Shown: positions 7,714-16,862 of the stretch, piece by piece
Layout: each line of letters opens with the position of its first letter
Position numbering within the stretch: the stretch's first letter is position 1
Notes under the pieces: generated by a model
Database searches by the model: none
What the model saw: only the letters and a program-made list of their open reading frames with translations
What the model was told of the DNA's origin: nothing
Translations under genes and position numbers: made by a program
NCBI GenBank assembly: GCA_937899275.1
Contig: CALBPE010000027.1
Coordinates: 1-33,368, forward strand
Source of the DNA: an uncultured Chlamydiae bacterium
GTDB lineage: Bacteria > Chlamydiota > Chlamydiia > Chlamydiales > SM23-39
Direction of reading: 5' to 3'
Length of the DNA: 33,368 nucleotides

Positions 7714-8508
7714 AGGATTTCCTCGTGTTTAAGTTGTCGGTATTAAAAAAGTGTAGTTACTGGTAGAGAGATAACGATATAAAAGATTTAGTAGGTACGT
7801 GCTTTAGTAAAAGTATTATTTTGTATAGGAATATTTCTAAGATTTTAACAAATAATAGGGCGTTATTATGCAATAAAATAGGAATAAAAATATAGGAAAT
7901 TACTTACTTTCTTTAAAAAAAACCGTGAAATCGTATACCGCGCTTAAGGAATAGATGTGTGAGAGGTGTAGATGATTTCAAAGAAGATTTTAGTTGTTGA
8001 GGGAAGTCAAAGGCTCTCTATCTGCCTGATAAAAGCGCTTCTACAAGAAGGGCGCCGAGTAACGTATCTTTTTTTAGACCGTCCTTCTTGGTTAGAAGAG
8101 TGGGAATCTTCAGAAGTCCGTTTGCATGGACTAAAGCATGATCTTTGCGGCAGCTTGTTTATACGATCTTTCTTGTACGAAACAAGAGTTGGAAGAAAGC
8201 TCTATCAAGCGGGCTATTTTTGGAGCGTTTCATCTGCTTGCTTTAGTGAAAAGGGCAAAAGCGCGGCTTTTGCAACTGATTCCTTCTTTGTATGAAGAAG
8301 GCTCTAATGCTCCGATTTATGCACTTTTAGAGATGTTGAGTCAGGAACATAGTAAAACCCAGCTTCCGATAAAACTTGTCAGATTTTCTAAAGAGTTCGA
8401 CCCTGCATCTGATTTAGAAAATAGCGTTTTTTCGTTGCTCAATATCATGAAAGATCCTGCAAAAGTGGGAACGATTCCTCTGACTTCAGATCAAGAAGCT
8501 CTTCTTTT
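7710..8508 (+). repeat. High-identity part of the tandem duplication, copy 2
   Basis: Manual alignment with 5553-6364. Confidence 0.95.
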
Positions 8509-8512
8509 GTAA
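7972..8512 (+). pseudogene. Frameshifted copy of the UXS-like gene
   Basis: 17-bp deletion (TTGCCAGTAGATGAGGT) after 8160 relative to copy 1 (541 vs 558 nt). This explains the split ORFs 7972..8295 and 8138..8512. Confidence 0.9.
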
Positions 8513-8519
8513 ATAGGTT

Positions 8520-11500
8520 TTACATTTTTTTTTCTTGTTGGAGTTGTCGGTACCTGTCGATCATTTTGATCGCTAGGGGGGCAGCTTCTTTTCCCGCATC
8601 GCCAAAGCGCAGATATACGATCACGACAAGCTCTGGTTTTTCCCATTTTTTTTCCGTCTCTTCAAAACTGATACAGCCGAACCAAATATCGCGGTAGATT
8701 TCTGCTTTAGCTGAAGGGTTTGCATAGAGCTTTCGTGTGATCTGCGCGGTAGAGGTTTTTCCTACGATGTGGGAAGAGAGTTTTTTGTAGGTGTTTCTAA
8801 GCGTTTTATCCCGGCGGCATGCTTTAACTGCAGATAGCCTAGCTGTTCCTTTTTCTCCCGTTAACACTTTTTCAAGACCGGTAAATAACCGCTTTTGCAG
8901 CCTATCGGGTAAATAGAGCTCGTGGCGAAGGCGTTTTTTTATTTTTTGTGAGCCCACTTGCTGCACAATATGAGGCTCTAAAAGCTCTTTTGTGGCAAAG
9001 GCTCCCATCATACAGGCAATTTGTATTGGAGTTACAGCTAAGGTATGTTGTCCTATCGAGCAGGAATAAAGCCCTGTTACGTTGCGGTCTAAGTCGGTTG
9101 GAAGAGAGCCAGCGATTTCTCCAGGTACATCTAGCCCTGTTTTTTCTCCTAAACCGAAGGTTTTCATAGCGTACAGAAGGTCGCGGGGGTGATCCAAGTA
9201 GTTTTTTGATAAAAGAGAAAAATAGGGATTACTCGACCTTTCCAAAGCAGCGATAAGATCGACTTTGCCTAAATACCTAGAGTAGGACTTAGGAAGCCTT
9301 CCTCCTTGGTAATACCTTGGGTAGGGTTTTCCTTTCAGGTCATAGCCCACAATCATCGATCCTTTTTGATCAAAAGTGATCTTATCGATCATGGTAAATA
9401 AATCGAGAGAGCCCTCGGGGTTTTCTTGGATTTTTTTGCAAAGAGCGCTGTAAGAGACGATCGTTTTAAAAATTGAGCCTAGCGTTGTGTTTTCTTTATA
9501 GGCATACGATTTTCCAAAACCAAATCCGGTAAAAGGATAAAAAGACGCAGCTAGATCTTGTTCTAATCGGGGCTTTTTTCTCCTTTTATTGCTATGGTAT
9601 AGCGGCCTTTTTAGCTGATGGAATAGCCGAAATGTTTTTAAAAAAGGGATTTTTAAATCCTCTCGAATAGAAAAAAGAGCCTTTGTTAAAAAAGAGTGTT
9701 CTTTTTTGTGAGCTTGGATAGAAAAAAGGCAAGGAGGAGAAGTCTCGGTTTTGTCTTGATCGTTTTTTTCTAAAAACTGCTGTAAAACCCGCCACCTATT
9801 TTCTTTCCAGAAAAGGGCAAATTGGCGGCTTTCTTCTTGTTTCAAAAGAGATGTATAGGGTTTTGCTGCCTTTTTTTTTGCTTTTTCTTCTAGTCGTTTT
9901 TTTCGTAAAAAGGCTTTTTCCTCCCGCTTTCTCCAAGGTACAAAAGAGGTTTGATGAAACGTTTTTTTCATTTCTTTTTTGATTAGAGGTTGGAGGGAAG
10001 AAAGCTCTTGCATGCAAGAGAAATAGGTGGATAGCTCCATATCCTTGACATAGGATAATAGCTCTGTGGAAAAAAGAGAGCTACAGACGGCAAGCCTTGC
10101 GATATCGACTAAAAAGACCTGGTCTTGTACATCGTTTATACCGTGAAAAAATGTCCATTTCTTTCGGAAGCTCTCCGCTTTTTGCCGCATAGAGCGCGCT
10201 TTTTCCTCAGGTAGATGGGAAAATAGAGGGAAAGGGAGGCTCTTTTTTTTACAAAAAATCGCGTTAAAAAGCTCTTCGACCGTGTCAATAGATGCGTGGT
10301 ATAACAGCTTTTCCACTTCTTCTTGTAGCGAAACGGCGTCGAGAACGGTGCGGATCGAGCGCGCTTTTTCTAACATACAAGTATCGAGTGTTAAGGAAAG
10401 AAAAGCGTCCCAGGAAAAAGTCATGTGTTCTTCGTAAAAGCCCCTTTTTTGATCAAATCTTTCTCTAGAAAGCGGCTTTTTTCCCTCCCAGATATGGGCA
10501 ATATGTCTTGTTGTTTCTAGCCAAGTATCGAGATTGTCTTTTTTTGTGCTTTGGACTTTGATATCGCCTGATTTAATATAATCGTTTGGATCAAACCGGG
10601 GGTGAGATGCAAGCGCTAAAACTGCGCCCGATGTGGGATCTAGTACCACAATAGCCCCCCCTTTAATCCAAGGCTCTTTTTGGATCCGTTTTTTGTCTGT
10701 GATCACGTAACTTCTGCCATCTCTTGTAGCTTCATCTTCAGCTAGGAGCTCTTCTGCGTATTTTTGTAAGGGGAGGGATAAATGGAGCTGGATTTTTTTA
10801 CCAGGTTGAGCCGGCTCAAAGTCCATTTCTTGGAGAAAGTTGCCCTTTACACCTACTTCGAATTGTTTTTTTCCGGTAAGGCCCCGAAGCTGGGGCTCAA
10901 AGCGCTGTTCTAGACCCATTTTGCCTACAGAGTCATGAATACTATAGCGCCTTTTGTCTAGAAGCGTTTTTTGCGCGTATACCTTCTCTATAGTAGGTGC
11001 GTAAGGAGGGAAATACACTAACGCTCCTTCTTCATAATCTCTAATAGTGCAGCGGAGCTCTTCTTGCTTTTGCCTGAATTGCAGGTACTCTTTTCTCTGG
11101 ATTGCGCCCATATGCCCTAAAATATCGCAAGCGACTTTACCATGAGGATAAAAGCGCTCAGAGCCGATTTCCGTTACAAGGCCAGGAAAATCCCTTTCTA
11201 AGATTTTGAGGCGGTAGTACTCTTTTTCCGTAAGATTTTTTTTAATGAGGTGGGGTGCATTCGGACATGCTGCCGCTTTTGCGTGAATTGTATCCTCAAT
11301 TTCTAAAGGATCCATAGCAAGCTCTTTTCCAAGAACATTTGCAAGGGTCTGAATATAATTTTTACGAAAAAATTCTTTGGTTTTTGTTCCATCTGCATTT
11401 TTTTTATAACGCACCCGGGGAAGGCCTAAAATATCTCCGTAGTAAATAGCTGCGTGGTAGACAATACGGTTGATCGCAAGAGGAGCGCCATTTCGATCGT

Positions 11501-11675
11501 GAATCTCTCCTCGTTCTGGTTTTTCAATTTGCGTGCGTCTTTTGGGCCTATCTGCTTTTTTTTGGTAAAGATCTTTTTCAACAACGCTCAATTGCCATGT
11601 TCTGAGCGCAAGAAGAAGAAAAATTCCCAAAGTCGCTTGCGTTACCTGACGTACTTTACGCCGCATACCTGCCAT
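8520..11675 (-). CDS. mrdA: Penicillin-binding protein 2, large chlamydial type
   Basis: N-terminal anchor, PERGEIHDRNG, RFYPHG, GKMGLE, SxxK (SIFK), SxN (SSN) and KTS, with a large insertion typical of chlamydial PBP2. Confidence 0.92.
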   Translation of the reverse strand: MAGMRRKVRQVTQATLGIFLLLALRTWQLSVVEKDLYQKKADRPKRRTQIEKPERGEIHDRNGAPLAINRIVYHAAIYYGDILGLPRVRYKKNADGTKTKEFFRKNYIQTLANVLGKELAMDPLEIEDTIHAKAAACPNAPHLIKKNLTEKEYYRLKILERDFPGLVTEIGSERFYPHGKVACDILGHMGAIQRKEYLQFRQKQEELRCTIRDYEEGALVYFPPYAPTIEKVYAQKTLLDKRRYSIHDSVGKMGLEQRFEPQLRGLTGKKQFEVGVKGNFLQEMDFEPAQPGKKIQLHLSLPLQKYAEELLAEDEATRDGRSYVITDKKRIQKEPWIKGGAIVVLDPTSGAVLALASHPRFDPNDYIKSGDIKVQSTKKDNLDTWLETTRHIAHIWEGKKPLSRERFDQKRGFYEEHMTFSWDAFLSLTLDTCMLEKARSIRTVLDAVSLQEEVEKLLYHASIDTVEELFNAIFCKKKSLPFPLFSHLPEEKARSMRQKAESFRKKWTFFHGINDVQDQVFLVDIARLAVCSSLFSTELLSYVKDMELSTYFSCMQELSSLQPLIKKEMKKTFHQTSFVPWRKREEKAFLRKKRLEEKAKKKAAKPYTSLLKQEESRQFALFWKENRWRVLQQFLEKNDQDKTETSPPCLFSIQAHKKEHSFLTKALFSIREDLKIPFLKTFRLFHQLKRPLYHSNKRRKKPRLEQDLAASFYPFTGFGFGKSYAYKENTTLGSIFKTIVSYSALCKKIQENPEGSLDLFTMIDKITFDQKGSMIVGYDLKGKPYPRYYQGGRLPKSYSRYLGKVDLIAALERSSNPYFSLLSKNYLDHPRDLLYAMKTFGLGEKTGLDVPGEIAGSLPTDLDRNVTGLYSCSIGQHTLAVTPIQIACMMGAFATKELLEPHIVQQVGSQKIKKRLRHELYLPDRLQKRLFTGLEKVLTGEKGTARLSAVKACRRDKTLRNTYKKLSSHIVGKTSTAQITRKLYANPSAKAEIYRDIWFGCISFEETEKKWEKPELVVIVYLRFGDAGKEAAPLAIKMIDRYRQLQQEKKM

Positions 11676-11826
11676 AAATTTCCCTGAAATTTTTTCTTGT
11701 ATTTTGTAAACTTTCCTCTTAACTCAGATGTATACTAGCGAATATGCATATTTTACTTGGAAAAAATCGATTTTTTCAGGAAAATAAGTATTCCAATTTT
11801 GTATGATGATGATTTTTTAACACGAT

Positions 11827-11897
11827 GCGCCTGTAGTTCAATGGTAGAACAGTAGCCTTCCAAGCTACGAGTGTCAGTTCGATTCTGATCAGGCGCT
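11827..11897 (+). tRNA. tRNA-Gly(TCC), CCA not encoded
   Basis: Acceptor GCGCCTG/CAGGCGC, anticodon arm GTAGC-CTTCCAA-GCTAC, T-loop GTTCGATTC. Confidence 0.95.
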
Positions 11898-11922
11898 AAT
11901 TTGATAGCCTAAAGGAGAAACC

Positions 11923-12735
11923 TTGCCTTCACAACATAAGCAAACAAAGCAAAAAGATAGTGTAACTATCCAGCAATTACTTGAATCAGGAGCCCATTTC
12001 GGTCACCAGAAAAGACGTTGGAATCCGAAAATGCGCCGCTTCATCTTAGAAGAGAGAAATGGTATTTATATCATTGACCTTGCCAAGACGATCCAGCAGA
12101 TTCGGCAAGCGAATCAAGTTGTAATCGATACCGTTGCAAAGCATAAATCGATTTTATTTGTCGGAACAAAAAAGCAAGCTAAAGCTGTACTTCGCCAGTG
12201 CGCAGAAGAAGCAGGCGAGCATTACGTCGCTGAAAGATGGCAAGGTGGCATGCTGACCAACCTTTCCACTATCCGAAATTCTGTAAAAAAACTGGAAAAA
12301 ATTGAAAAAAGAATTGCATCAGGCTCTGAAGGTTTGAAGAAAAAAGAAGTGGTCTTAATGCAAAAAGAGCAGATAAAACTCGATCGCAACTTATCTGGTA
12401 TTCGTTCAATGAGAAAATTACCAGGGCTTGTGATCGTGGTAGATCCGAACAAAGAACATATTGCTGTAGCAGAAGCAAAAAAATTAGGGATCCCTGTAAT
12501 GGCTCTTGTAGATACCAACTGTGATCCAGACGACATAGATTATGTCATCGCCTGCAACGACGACGCGTTGAAAAGTATCCGTCTTATTCTGCGATCTCTT
12601 ACGCAAGCGATTCGATCTAAAAAAGCTGAAATGCAAATTGACATCATTAAAAAGCCTGCAGCTGGACCAAAGGATCTCGATGAAAGCGCGCCTTCTGCTG
12701 TAGACGATCAGAATAAGGAAGAAACCAATGAGTAA
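11923..12735 (+). CDS. rpsB: 30S ribosomal protein S2
   Basis: GAHFGHQ..RWNPKM and DTNCDPD motifs; TTG start after AAGGAG. Confidence 0.98.
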   Translation: MPSQHKQTKQKDSVTIQQLLESGAHFGHQKRRWNPKMRRFILEERNGIYIIDLAKTIQQIRQANQVVIDTVAKHKSILFVGTKKQAKAVLRQCAEEAGEHYVAERWQGGMLTNLSTIRNSVKKLEKIEKRIASGSEGLKKKEVVLMQKEQIKLDRNLSGIRSMRKLPGLVIVVDPNKEHIAVAEAKKLGIPVMALVDTNCDPDDIDYVIACNDDALKSIRLILRSLTQAIRSKKAEMQIDIIKKPAAGPKDLDESAPSAVDDQNKEETNE

Positions 12736-13576
12736 TATCAGCGCCGATCTAATCAAACAACTGCGCTCCATTACTGGAGTAGGTATGAGTAAATGTAAAG
12801 AAGCGTTATCCGCCTCTTCTGGCAATCTTGAAGAAGCGGTCCATTACCTTCGTAAAAAAGGGATGGCGTCAGCTGCAAAAAAAGAAGGCAGAGAAACAAA
12901 AGAAGGCGTTGTCGTATCTGCAGAAACAGATACCCATGTAGCTCTTCTTGAGGTCAATGCAGAAACCGATTTTGTGGTAAAAAATGAGCGATTCCAAGCT
13001 TTTGCAAAAGACCTGGTAGAGCAGATTGCTACTAGTAAGCCCTCTTCTATCGACGCGTTTTTACAAGAAACGTATGCTAAAGATACGAGCTTAACAATCG
13101 ATGCCTATAGAAATCTTGTGATCCAATCTTTAGGGGAAAATATCCAACTAAAAAGACTAGAGCTGATCGAAAAGAAAAAAGATCTATCGATAGGGATCTA
13201 TTCTCATATGGGCGGTAAAATTCTGGCTGCGGTAGCTATTCAAGGAAGCGCATCGCAACAAGATCTTGCTAAACAAGTCGCCATGCACGTGGCTGCATAT
13301 AGCCCCGATTTTCTACAACCTTCTGATGTGCCAGAGTCCATTCAGGAAAAAGAAAAAGAAATTGCCCGCGCTCAGATGCAGGGAAAACCCGATCATATCA
13401 TCGATAAAATTCTTACAGGTAAGATGAAAGCATTTTACGATGAAAACTGCTTGGTTTCCCAGCCTTTTGTGAAAGACTCTTCCAAAAGCGTACAAGAATT
13501 TGTTGCCGCTGAAGGCAAAAAAGAAGGACAAACCCTGCAGGTATCTTCCTTTTGGTGCTGGAAAATCGGCAGCTAA
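12728..13576 (+). CDS. tsf: Elongation factor Ts
   Basis: LRKKGMASAAKK and NAETDFV motifs; synteny with rpsB. Confidence 0.98.
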   Translation: MSNISADLIKQLRSITGVGMSKCKEALSASSGNLEEAVHYLRKKGMASAAKKEGRETKEGVVVSAETDTHVALLEVNAETDFVVKNERFQAFAKDLVEQIATSKPSSIDAFLQETYAKDTSLTIDAYRNLVIQSLGENIQLKRLELIEKKKDLSIGIYSHMGGKILAAVAIQGSASQQDLAKQVAMHVAAYSPDFLQPSDVPESIQEKEKEIARAQMQGKPDHIIDKILTGKMKAFYDENCLVSQPFVKDSSKSVQEFVAAEGKKEGQTLQVSSFWCWKIGS

Positions 13577-13578
13577 GT

Positions 13579-14289
13579 ATGGCCTCTTACAAAAGAGTTC
13601 TTTGTAAGCTGTCAGGAGAGTCTTTATCTAGCTCCTCTGGATTTGGGTATGACCCTTCTTCTATTTCTTCGATAGCAAAAACCCTATCTGCTGCTGTAGA
13701 TAGGGGAGTAGAGCTAGCTGTCGTAATAGGGGCAGGTAATCTTTTTCGAGGACAAAAAGCAGATCTCCCCTATAAACGCACTTCTTTAGATCAAGTAGGT
13801 ATGTTAGCTACCTTGATGAACGGAAAAATTTTAAAAGAAGCGCTTTTTTCCTGCGGCAAAAACGCCTCTATTTTTAATGCATTTACCTGCGGCTCTTTTG
13901 CAAATATTTACACAGAAGATGCCGTCGAAAAGGCTTTTACCCAAGGTCATATTGCTATTTTTACGGGAGGCACTTCCCACCCTTTTTTGACAACAGATAC
14001 AGCAGCTGCTTTAAGAGCTGCAGAAATCAGAGCAGATGCGCTCATTAAACTCAGTACCGTCAGCTGCATTTATGATAAAGATCCCCACCTTTATCCCGAT
14101 GCAAAACAACAACAAAAACTTACCTATAGAGAAGTAATCGAAAAAAAACTCGCTGTGATGGATCTAGAAGCGATTGTTTTGTGTGAAAAAGAAAATATCC
14201 CTATCATAGTCACAAACTTTTCTGATGAAATGCAGTTTTTAAAAGCTGTATCAAATGAAACTGTAGGAACTTTAGTCACCTCGGAGTAA
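13579..14289 (+). CDS. pyrH: UMP kinase
   Basis: KLSGE, GAGNLFRG, DQVGMLAT and TTDTAAALRA motifs. The ATG at 13579, just after the tsf stop, is preferred as start. Confidence 0.95.
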   Translation: MASYKRVLCKLSGESLSSSSGFGYDPSSISSIAKTLSAAVDRGVELAVVIGAGNLFRGQKADLPYKRTSLDQVGMLATLMNGKILKEALFSCGKNASIFNAFTCGSFANIYTEDAVEKAFTQGHIAIFTGGTSHPFLTTDTAAALRAAEIRADALIKLSTVSCIYDKDPHLYPDAKQQQKLTYREVIEKKLAVMDLEAIVLCEKENIPIIVTNFSDEMQFLKAVSNETVGTLVTSE

Positions 14290-14293
14290 TGCT

Positions 14294-14845
14294 ATGGATA
14301 TAGAAACACAAACAAAAAAGTCGATGCAAGATGCGATTCGCTATTTAAAAGATGAACTCAAAAACCTCCGCACTTCAAGAGCTAATCCATCTTTACTAGA
14401 CAGCCTACAAGTAGAGGTATACGGCGCTTTAATGCGTTTAAAAGATGTGGCTAACGTCACCGTTCCTGAACCAAGGCAGCTACTGATCACCCCTTTCGAT
14501 CAAAACAACGCATCTGCTATTGCAAAAGCAATCGAGCAAGCAAATATGGGCATTATGCCCATTGTTGATGCCAATGCAGTACGGCTCAATATCCCACCTA
14601 TGGATGAATCTACTCGAAAAGAGATTGTGAAGCAGTGCAAAAGAAAAGCGGAAGATGCCAAAGTATCCATTCGCCAGATCCGAAGGGAAAGCAACGATAA
14701 AGCGCGCAAAGCAAAAGATAACGGCGATATCCCAGAAGATCTGTTAAAAAAGAAAGAAAAATCGATTCAAGAACTAACCGATACCTTTTGTAAGGAAATA
14801 GATCAGCTAGCTTCTCAAAAAGAAAAAGAGATCTTAGAGATTTGA
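14294..14845 (+). CDS. frr: Ribosome recycling factor
   Basis: LRTSRANP and AKVSIRQIRR motifs; synteny. Confidence 0.98.
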   Translation: MDIETQTKKSMQDAIRYLKDELKNLRTSRANPSLLDSLQVEVYGALMRLKDVANVTVPEPRQLLITPFDQNNASAIAKAIEQANMGIMPIVDANAVRLNIPPMDESTRKEIVKQCKRKAEDAKVSIRQIRRESNDKARKAKDNGDIPEDLLKKKEKSIQELTDTFCKEIDQLASQKEKEILEI

Positions 14846-14894
14846 TCTTGTGTCAAAATAGCATCCAAGCTTAAAATGTAAGGAGTTAGTCGAT

Positions 14895-14969
<75 letters not shown>

Positions 14970-14974
14970 CATTT

Positions 14975-15047
14975 GAGACTTTAGCTCAGTTGGTAGAGCA
15001 TCTCCCTTTTAAGGAGAGGGTCGTTGGTTCGAGCCCAACAAGTCTCA
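14975..15047 (+). tRNA. tRNA-Lys(TTT)
   Basis: Acceptor GAGACTT/AAGTCTC, anticodon arm TCTCC-CTTTTAA-GGAGA. Confidence 0.95.
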
Positions 15048-15161
15048 TCCTTTTTTTCTAGTTAAAAAATCTTTTCTAAAACATCTATAAAAACTGCTCT
15101 TCTTGATCTGTTAAGATACATATCCTAAGATTAAACCTCTCACTGCAATTTGAGGTGTTAT

Positions 15162-16772
15162 ATGATTCGGTGTTTTTTTTGTTCCCTACTTTTTTTCTCT
15201 TTATGCATGTCTATTGAAGCAAAAGAAGGCTCTACGGCTTTTGTTACGCAGTTTTTGCGTCAACAGGGAGCTAGTTTAGATAGTGAAAAACAGGTGGAGT
15301 TTATTGAACGGGGGATGACTCATGTGTATAAAATTCATCATCCTGAGGCGTGGTATCTGAAATTTACCCCACAAAAACAGCGCTCATCAGGAGCGTTTTA
15401 CCCTAAAAGGTTGTGGGCTCCCACAACGGATGCACTGCGCCGTCATGGCGCAAGAAGAAGGGCTTGTGTAAGGCCTTTAATTTGTAAAATCAATACACGT
15501 GCTGGGAAACACCTGTTGATTCCACCTTATCCTCTTGATCTAGATCAAAAAGTTTGGGAGTCCATGACGCCAGCGCCAGATAAAATAAGCCACCCAAAAC
15601 TGGCTCTTCATATTGCGACAGGTTGGCTTGGAATCAATGGAGTTGCCAACCCTTATCATGATGGCTCGATTTATCTTTGGAGTCCAAAAAGCTATCCCGC
15701 TTCGAATGTACGCGAGCTTGCATTACATCTTAAGAAAATTTCTGATTTAGCTATCGATTATCTAGATGAGGCTTCTATAGAGGTGTTGAGCCATGAAAGG
15801 GATCGTTATTTAGACTACGCCGCTCTTTTATCGCCTTTTTTAAAAGAGCTTGGTCTGGAAAATTTTTCTCTTAAAACAGTTTTAGATCAGATAGAAAACC
15901 CCCGTTCTCCAGTTTGGAAACAATTGACGAGTCAAGCGCAAAAACGGATGCGTCAAGTGGAGAAAAGGGTGGATTATATAGGTAAAATCTACCATCACAA
16001 TGAGGAAAGTTTAGAGGAAGTACAAAGCGCTTTTTATGAAAAAAAACGGCATCTACTTTTACAAGCCGTAAAATCAAAAGCATCTGTATCGGAAAATGCG
16101 CCCTCTTTTTTAGAGTTTTTCCGCTGCGTTTTTATACTAGAAAAAGAGGGTATGCTTGCAGAAGAGATGCGCCTTTTAGGTAGAAATCTTGCGCAGTGTG
16201 CGGTTGCCTATCAACTAGCAGATGATATTTTACAAGGAAAAGGCGTGATGATAAAAGCGCTCTTCATGCTTCTGGACAACATCGCCTGTTACTATGACGT
16301 TTTTCACCGCGCTCCAAAAAGCCTGATACATGGCGACGCCCATCCCCACGAGTTTTTACAAGATGAAGAGGGGAATTGGACTCTTGGCGGCTGTGAGTAT
16401 CTCCATGTTGGATGCGTTTACCGCGATATCGCTCAAGAATATGTCCGCAAACTTGTGCGCGACTACCTTAGAGAAACCACCTCTCAAAAAGAGACGCTTG
16501 AGAAAATACAGGCGGCGTTAATTCCAGGTTGGTTCGATGAGTTTTTGCCCGATATCATGGGCTGTTGCGTTGTGGAATTTGCTCAAGAGCTCGAAACGCT
16601 TTTCTCTGCTTATTCTATGGACATTGAAAAACTCGATTTTTTAAACCTCACCATCACGCCAAAAACGTACTTGGACGAGATGCAAAAAAGAATCGTTTTT
16701 GAAAACTGTTATAGAAAAGAGCTCTTTCCTTTGCTCAGTATGGAAGCCTCTATTGAAAAAGGTGCTCTCTAA
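15162..16772 (+). CDS. Signal-peptide-bearing protein with a degenerate APH/choline-kinase-like fold
   Basis: RBS GAGGT before the ATG at 15162; signal peptide ending SIEA. N-lobe-like GMTHVYKI..WYLK and C-lobe-like LIHGDAHPHEF..G...RDIA. Confidence 0.6.
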   Translation: MIRCFFCSLLFFSLCMSIEAKEGSTAFVTQFLRQQGASLDSEKQVEFIERGMTHVYKIHHPEAWYLKFTPQKQRSSGAFYPKRLWAPTTDALRRHGARRRACVRPLICKINTRAGKHLLIPPYPLDLDQKVWESMTPAPDKISHPKLALHIATGWLGINGVANPYHDGSIYLWSPKSYPASNVRELALHLKKISDLAIDYLDEASIEVLSHERDRYLDYAALLSPFLKELGLENFSLKTVLDQIENPRSPVWKQLTSQAQKRMRQVEKRVDYIGKIYHHNEESLEEVQSAFYEKKRHLLLQAVKSKASVSENAPSFLEFFRCVFILEKEGMLAEEMRLLGRNLAQCAVAYQLADDILQGKGVMIKALFMLLDNIACYYDVFHRAPKSLIHGDAHPHEFLQDEEGNWTLGGCEYLHVGCVYRDIAQEYVRKLVRDYLRETTSQKETLEKIQAALIPGWFDEFLPDIMGCCVVEFAQELETLFSAYSMDIEKLDFLNLTITPKTYLDEMQKRIVFENCYRKELFPLLSMEASIEKGAL

Positions 16773-16789
16773 TTGGAAGTAGCTATAGG

Positions 16790-16818
16790 AAAAACAGGGC
16801 TCTTAATAGAGCCCTGTT
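16790..16818. terminator. Intrinsic terminator hairpin between convergent genes
   Basis: Perfect 11-bp stem AACAGGGCTCT-TAAT-AGAGCCCTGTT, with a short U-tract on the minus strand. Confidence 0.8.
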
Positions 16819-16862
16819 CTAATAACCAATCATGATCTTTTACCTGCACGCCTTGATCTTTT

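Noticed and set aside
5553..8508. Duplication as a DGR template/variable pair or a pure assembly artefact
   Set aside because: Differences are not adenine-specific and no reverse transcriptase is present. The copies have distinct substitutions, a deletion and different flanks, so the duplication as a whole looks real.
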